This document shows positions 58,672 to 64,000 of a DNA stretch of 64,000 nt, one piece after another (position 1 is the first letter of the stretch; each line of letters begins with the position of its first letter). Location: assembly GCA_019828565.1 (NCBI GenBank), contig JAHDYR010000007.1, positions 853,333 through 917,332 on the forward strand, in the 5' to 3' direction. The DNA is from Carpediemonas membranifera BICM (taxonomy: Eukaryota; Protista; Fornicata). The position numbers and the translations under genes were made by a program. The notes under the pieces were generated by a model, which was not told the DNA's origin, made no database searches, and was given only the letters and a program-made list of their open reading frames with translations.

Positions 58672-60463
58672 ATGTCCGATAGTGAAGGATCAGCCGTCAG
58701 CGTCAATAGTGCGCATAGCGAACACGACGAATCCGTCACGGACGTTGTTGAGTATCCAGTTATGGATGATGGAGCTATTTCATCAGATTCTACTGGTGAA
58801 ACCAGTGATATCCTAACCGAAGCTACCGTTTCAGTCGCAGAAGGAGAAGCAGATGACCGCATCGACGATCTTGTTGAAGAAGTGATCGAAGTCGCCGCTG
58901 TCCTCGAAGCCGAAGGCGCCAAGCCCAACGAGGCAAACCTGAACGAATGGATGGCACACCGCCCCATCCCCCTCCTCCTTGCCCAGTTCGGTATCCCCAG
59001 CGGTGTCGGCATGTTTATCCAGATGATATACGCTGTTTGCGACATGAGTTCGTCCCCCTCCCCATTCTGACACAGTCATCGTCGGTCAGACCGGCGGCGG
59101 GTCCGCTGCCATCTCAGGAATCGGCCTGTTCTACCCCATTGAGGCTATTCAGGCCGGCGTGGGTATCGGTCTTGGCAGCTACACCTCTTCTGCCATCTCT
59201 CAGGCCCTTGGTGCCAAGGATTTAAAGAAGGCCCAGCGTGTCATCGGCAACGTCATCCTTCTATCCTTGGCCATCGGCATCGCCTTCCCCCTCGCCTTGT
59301 TTTTCATCATGCCGCAATTCCTCGAGTTTACCGGCGGAAACGACGAGACGATGAAACACGCCCTGCCGTATAGCCGTATTCTCCTCCCCATGACCTTCTT
59401 CCAGACACTAATTATGATTGGCAACGACATCCTCCGCGGAGACGGCAAGCCGCTCTGGGCGATGGTCGCTACTATCTCGTCTGCCCTGATTAATGTCAGC
59501 GTCGACCTGATACTCATCCCAGGCTTCGGACTCGGTACCACCGGATGTGCCATCGCCACTGTATGCGGTACAGTCATCCCGTCGTGCTGCATCATCATCT
59601 TTTACACGTTCAGACGCGGCCCCGGACTCAAGTTCTCCAAGGAGGGCTTCATCCCCGACCCAAAGGTGCTTGTCGCCATCGCCACTGTCGGCTCGGCTCT
59701 CCTGGTCCAGCAGGTCGGAGTAAGCATAACTACATTCACGTCGAACGCCATCTTTAAGCAAATTTTGCCCGAAGACCGAGTGACCGACTACATCGCCGCG
59801 TTCCAGGCCGCCATCCGCACGATGATGCTGTGCATGGTCCCTCTCATGGGTATCGGCATCGGCGGCCTCCCCATCTACGGCTTTTCACTCGGCCGCCGCC
59901 TCTGGCGTCGACTCGCCCATACTTATCTCCTCGCAATCGGGCTGGGTATTCTCGTCGCCACGGTCGCATGGGCAGCCCTCATGGCCTTCCCCAGAGTATA
60001 CATGCTCGTCTACACGACAGACCAAGACACAGTCGACGCCGCAGTTGTGACTGTGCGTCGAGTCTTTGCGGGCTTTTTCACGCTCGGATTTATCATGCCG
60101 ACACAGACTATGTTTTTAGTCATGTTCCCGCCGTTTGGTCTCCTTTGCACGCTGTCACGGTCCCTGCTTATTGTTCTTCCTGTTCTGCTAGTCCTCGGGC
60201 TCGTTACGAGAGATGTTCACTACATGTTGTGCGCCCAACCGGTTGCTGACCTCACAACTGCCGTCATCGCTTTCGTGCTGCTTCTTATCGTTGTTACCAA
60301 GCTTGTTAGTCTTGCACGGAAAGACCACGCTGAGAAGATCAAGGCTGGATGCGAGACGACTTTTGACTCTCCGCTGGCCTCTGGGCCCCTCTCGTTGAAT
60401 GCGTCCGTCAATGTGTCAATACAGAGCAGTCAGGCCGACCTTGAGGTCGTTGCCAATGAATGA
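58672..60463 (+). CDS. MATE efflux transporter (exons 58672-59047, 59076-60463)
   Basis: Motifs FGIPS..GM....IY...D.IIVGQ, SQALGAKD, LRGDG and N...D.ILI..FGLG..G.AIAT, with ~12 TM segments and an acidic N-terminal extension. Confidence 0.9.
59048..59075 (+). other. Spliceosomal intron (28 nt) in the MATE gene
   Basis: GTTCGT...CTGACACAG. Removal restores DMIIVGQ. Confidence 0.9.
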
Positions 60464-60744
60464 GCTACATGAATGGGGTGACCCCTCATAAATTTGCGGT
60501 AATTTATTACGGAGTGGCACAGTTATAGTCTAGTCAACTTATGGTCCTATTTTGTTTTTTCCGTATTGCTATATTGCCTTATCCTGCGTATGCCGGAAAA
60601 GACATTTTCCGGCACATGGTTGTCACGGAAATTTGAGCAAATTATCTCTTGAACTCAACTTTACGGTTCTCCACTGCTATCGGCGTGGACTCTGGTGCAA
60701 AAGTCCGACTCGACTCCAACTCGGGTCAACGAAGGACTGCGGCA

Positions 60745-61782
60745 ATGGCGAAAGCTCGCGATGAAGCATATGAGGAAGCAGATGTTACCGACGACGAATG
60801 CGAAGAGACCGTAGAAAGCTCGTTCCACAGCATTGATCTCCTAGCCGCGCAGGGCATAGGTGCTGGCGACATCAAGAAGCTCCGGGAGGGCGGCATCCAC
60901 ACTGTTGAGGCTCTTACGATGAACACCCGGAAAGAATTGGCGTCCGTGAAGGGACTCTCTGAAGCAAAGGTGGAGAAAGCTCTTGTTGCAGCCCGCAAGA
61001 TCATGGGTGAGGGCAAGGAGTTCATTAACGGCACTGAATACCTCGAGAAGAGGAGCAAGGTGCTCAGAATCAGCACGGGAAGCAGGGATCTGGACTCTTT
61101 GCTTGGCGGTGGGGTCGAATCAATGTCTATCACAGAGGCGTTCGGTGAGTTCCGGACGGGCAAGACCCAGATCGCCCACACCCTTGCCGTGACGGCCCAA
61201 TTGCCCAAGTCTCAAGGCGGTGGAGGCGGCAAGGTGATCTTCCTTGATACGGAGGGCACTTTTAGACCCGAGAGGCTCACACCGATTTGTGAACGGTTTA
61301 ACGCCGACGTCACCAGCACCCTGGACAACATCATTTACGCCAGAGCGTACACCCACGAGCAGCAGCTCGAGTTGCTTTCTCTCATCGCAGCCAAGATGTC
61401 AGAGGAGCACTTTTCCCTCATCATTGTCGACTCCGTGACCGCCCTGTTCAGAGTCGACTTCTCCGGCAGAGGTGAGCTGGCCGAGCGGCAGCAGAAGCTA
61501 GGCTTCTTCATGTCCCGGCTGACAAAGCTGTCCGACGAGTTCAACGTCGCCGTCTTCATCACGAATCAAGTTGTAGCTGATCCTGGTGCCGCCGCCATGT
61601 TCACAGCAGACCCGAAGAAGCCCATCGGTGGCCACATCTTGGCGCATGCGTCGACGACGCGCCTCTCACTACGGAAAGGACGTGGTGAAACTCGGGTGTG
61701 CAAGATTTACGATTCTCCCAGCCTGCCCGAGGCTGAGGCGACCTATGCGATCACTAGTGGAGGCATTGATGACGCTGAGTAA
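60745..61782 (+). CDS. DMC1: Meiotic recombinase Dmc1
   Basis: [39 protein letters not shown] and [15 protein letters not shown] carry Dmc1-type rather than Rad51-type residues. Confidence 0.93.
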   Translation: MAKARDEAYEEADVTDDECEETVESSFHSIDLLAAQGIGAGDIKKLREGGIHTVEALTMNTRKELASVKGLSEAKVEKALVAARKIMGEGKEFINGTEYLEKRSKVLRISTGSRDLDSLLGGGVESMSITEAFGEFRTGKTQIAHTLAVTAQLPKSQGGGGGKVIFLDTEGTFRPERLTPICERFNADVTSTLDNIIYARAYTHEQQLELLSLIAAKMSEEHFSLIIVDSVTALFRVDFSGRGELAERQQKLGFFMSRLTKLSDEFNVAVFITNQVVADPGAAAMFTADPKKPIGGHILAHASTTRLSLRKGRGETRVCKIYDSPSLPEAEATYAITSGGIDDAE

Positions 61783-61892
61783 ACGATTATTGTGCATATG
61801 CCTCTTTCTGATCGACCTTGTCATCACGAAATCTCTCCTAAATTATCGCTAAATATCTCAAGCCATGAGAACGCGCAGAGAGGTTGATCTTG

Positions 61893-62270
61893 ATGGAAGC
61901 CTTGGTTCAGAACAACCTTGAGATGCGAGCTCAGCATGATAAGCTTCTAGAACACAACATGCGGCTCCTGCTTCTTCTGAAGGAAAAGGAGCAGAAGATC
62001 AGGAAGCAGGAGCTTGTGATCAGGAAATACCGCAGCCGTCTCGTCCGCTGGTTCGAAGACATGCAATACGATCCGATGGATGAGATCCCCGATGCGGAGA
62101 TGGATGACGCTGATGTGGGATTCGACGAGGAGGAAAGCAAGGAGGTTCCTCGCCCCGCCGCCCAGTCCAAGACCAATCTCGCCCGCAAGGCCGTGGACGC
62201 AGAGCCACAGGTCCCAGGTGCGGACTCTGTGAAGCGGGCGAAGGTCGAGGATGAGCCAATCAAAGGATGA
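61893..62270 (+). CDS. Small hypothetical coiled-coil/acidic protein
   Basis: 125-aa ORF with an N-terminal heptad pattern and an acidic middle. Confidence 0.55.
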   Translation: MEALVQNNLEMRAQHDKLLEHNMRLLLLLKEKEQKIRKQELVIRKYRSRLVRWFEDMQYDPMDEIPDAEMDDADVGFDEEESKEVPRPAAQSKTNLARKAVDAEPQVPGADSVKRAKVEDEPIKG

Positions 62271-62369
62271 ACGGACCCGACCGCCAAACTGACCGGCGAG
62301 TTGTGGGGATAAAATGGAGCACTGCTCGAGACAACTGGCTCAGGGTCTATACTCCTCTGCAGTTTATCC

Positions 62370-62420
62370 CGGGGGGTTGACAGCTTAAGCCTTTCCTTTA
62401 CATGAATCCCCTGTATAAAC
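62370..62420 (+). repeat. Dispersed ~50-bp hairpin repeat, copy B
   Basis: CGGGGGGTTGACAGCTTAAGCCTTTCCTTTACATGAATCCCCTGTATAAAC aligns with the reverse complement of 43237-43283. Confidence 0.85.
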
Positions 62421-62657
62421 GCTCTATAGTGGCAAAGTTCATTCCCAGTCGCTGGTGGCATAAAACTGCGCAAACAGCTTCCCCGATCGTTTGTCCCTGA
62501 ATACGACACCCAGGCCCTCTTACTGCACAGATAGTGGTACTCGCTGCCTCCTTTGGTTTCCTCTGTGTTCATACACGCAGCATTGGACAGTCCAGACGTT
62601 ACATTTTTTCATCCAGCCATATTTTTTTTCGTCGTAAAAAAGATAGCCAAGAAGAAC

Positions 62658-63080
62658 ATGTCCAAGCGTGGTCGTGGTGGTGCTGTTGGTAACAAGCTTC
62701 GTCTTACCGTTGGTCTTCCCACTGGTGCGGTTATCAACTGCTGTGATAACTCCGGTGCCAAGAACCTGTATATCATTGCCGTCTATGGTGTCCAGGGCCG
62801 CCTTAACCGCTACCCCGCCGCTTCTGTTGGCTCCTTCGCCATTGCTACCGTCAAGAAGGGCAAGCCCGATCTCCGCAAGAAGATCCACCCCATCGTTGTC
62901 GTCCGTCAGCGCAAGCCTTGGCGCCGCCAGGATGGTGTCTTCATCTATTTCGAGGACAACGCTGGCGTGATCGTCAACAACAGAGGTGAGCTCAAGGGTT
63001 CCACTGTTGCCGGGCCTATCGCCAAGGAGTGTGCCGATCTCTGGCCCCGTGTGGCCTCTGCCGCTGGCACCATCGTCTAA
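62658..63080 (+). CDS. RPL23: 60S ribosomal protein L23 (uL14)
   Basis: Motifs [40 protein letters not shown] and KECADLWPR. Confidence 0.98.
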   Translation: MSKRGRGGAVGNKLRLTVGLPTGAVINCCDNSGAKNLYIIAVYGVQGRLNRYPAASVGSFAIATVKKGKPDLRKKIHPIVVVRQRKPWRRQDGVFIYFEDNAGVIVNNRGELKGSTVAGPIAKECADLWPRVASAAGTIV

Positions 63081-63486
63081 ATGAGTACGAGGCTTATCGA
63101 TTATTGAAGTGTCGTGATCCTAGGTCGTGGGAGGGTGTGTGAGCCCTGCGACACTTACAGTCGCCCGCAACGTGCAGGTGCTTCTTGCATGGGGGACCGA
63201 AAAGTTGTTCTACGCAGATTTGGACTCGACCCAAGGCATTTTACGGAGTTTCACTCGATCCATCGCATAGCTCAGTGTGCAGCAGTCCTCACGCACTCTC
63301 ACCAACCCGGCCAAGACAGAGCCAACTATGCCAGCCCTTGACCTTGGACCAGATGGTCGTGCTACGAGCAAATGCTCGCACTCCGAGTGTCTTGGCTTCT
63401 GTCTCTCGTTCCTTCTGGATTTCTCAAACCGATTCTTGCAAAAAAAAATGGGGCGAGAATTTCGGACAATTCCCGAACGAACGACA

Positions 63487-64000
63487 ATGGCGACAAGATC
63501 CTCATTCGCTGGCGATTATTCCCGCCTCACTAGAAATCCCCGCAAGCGTGCTTCCCGCCCTGAGCTTACGGATGAGCAGAAGCAGGAAGTTAAGGAGGCT
63601 TTTGACCTTTTCGATACAGATAAGAGCGGTAGCATCGATTACCACGAATTGAAGGTTGCGATGCGTGCTCTTGGCTTCGAGGTCAAGAAGGAGGAGGTTC
63701 AGCGCCTCATGACTGAATACGACCGCACTGGGAGCGGTGAAATTGACTTTGATAGCTTTGTTGAGATCATGACCGCCAAGATTGCCGATCGGGACCCTCG
63801 CGAGGAGATGCTCAAGGCATTCCGCCTCTTTGACGACGACAGCACCGGCCGCATCACCCTCAAGAATCTCAAGCGCGTTGCGAAAGAACTTGGGGAGAAC
63901 ATGACTGATGATGAGCTTCAGGCTATGGTCGATGAGTTCGACCGTGATGGCAGCGGCGACATCAACCAGGAAGAGTTCCTTGCAATCATGCAGAGCTCAT
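63487..64000 (+). CDS. CETN3: Centrin (centrin-3/Cdc31 type), 3'-truncated by window edge
   Basis: Not in the ORF track; read manually: [39 protein letters not shown]...[29 protein letters not shown]. An in-frame upstream ATG exists at 63448. Confidence 0.9.
   Translation, partial: MATRSSFAGDYSRLTRNPRKRASRPELTDEQKQEVKEAFDLFDTDKSGSIDYHELKVAMRALGFEVKKEEVQRLMTEYDRTGSGEIDFDSFVEIMTAKIADRDPREEMLKAFRLFDDDSTGRITLKNLKRVAKELGENMTDDELQAMVDEFDRDGSGDINQEEFLAIMQSS

Noticed and set aside
62370-62420. SECIS element (TGA...AA...GA pattern in the hairpin repeat)
   Set aside because: Only ~20 nt lie between the putative quartet strands, too short for SECIS helix II plus loop. There is no convincing Sec-type UGA in the adjacent ORFs.
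62465-62473. ACTGCGCAA 9-mer shared with the 28-bp repeat
   Set aside because: Too short to exceed chance in 64 kb.

Overview
Gene-dense eukaryotic genomic DNA with the standard genetic code, short intergenic regions and a few very short spliceosomal introns. The gene content (class F flavodiiron protein, bacterial-type ROK kinase and MATE transporter, TMEM231, EFCAB9, centrin) and the fused branch-point/3' splice sites point to an anaerobic or microaerophilic flagellate. A free-living fornicate metamonad such as Carpediemonas is the most plausible source (inference). About 38 protein genes are supported. They include RPLP0, RPS2, RPL23, NSA2, VPS11, BRF1, DIM1, DMC1, galactokinase, DNase II, a two-domain membrane adenylyl cyclase and three members of an RCC1-like family. 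Highlights: (1) A ~1.4-kb insertion between RPS2 and BRF1 is bounded by an exact 28-bp direct repeat. It carries a decayed Fanzor/TnpB-type RNA-guided nuclease and a structured, omegaRNA-like 3' end whose would-be guide is the duplicated sequence. (2) A 1334-aa fusion of a Schlafen/AlbA_2 nuclease domain with a Spindle-E/TDRD9-like DEAH helicase lies head-to-head with DNase II. (3) There is a double-methyltransferase fusion ending in a Tgs-type cap methylase. (4) EFCAB9, a CatSper subunit, is present. (5) One intron appears to end GT...AT instead of AG. All family calls come from motif recognition by eye; no database searches were run.
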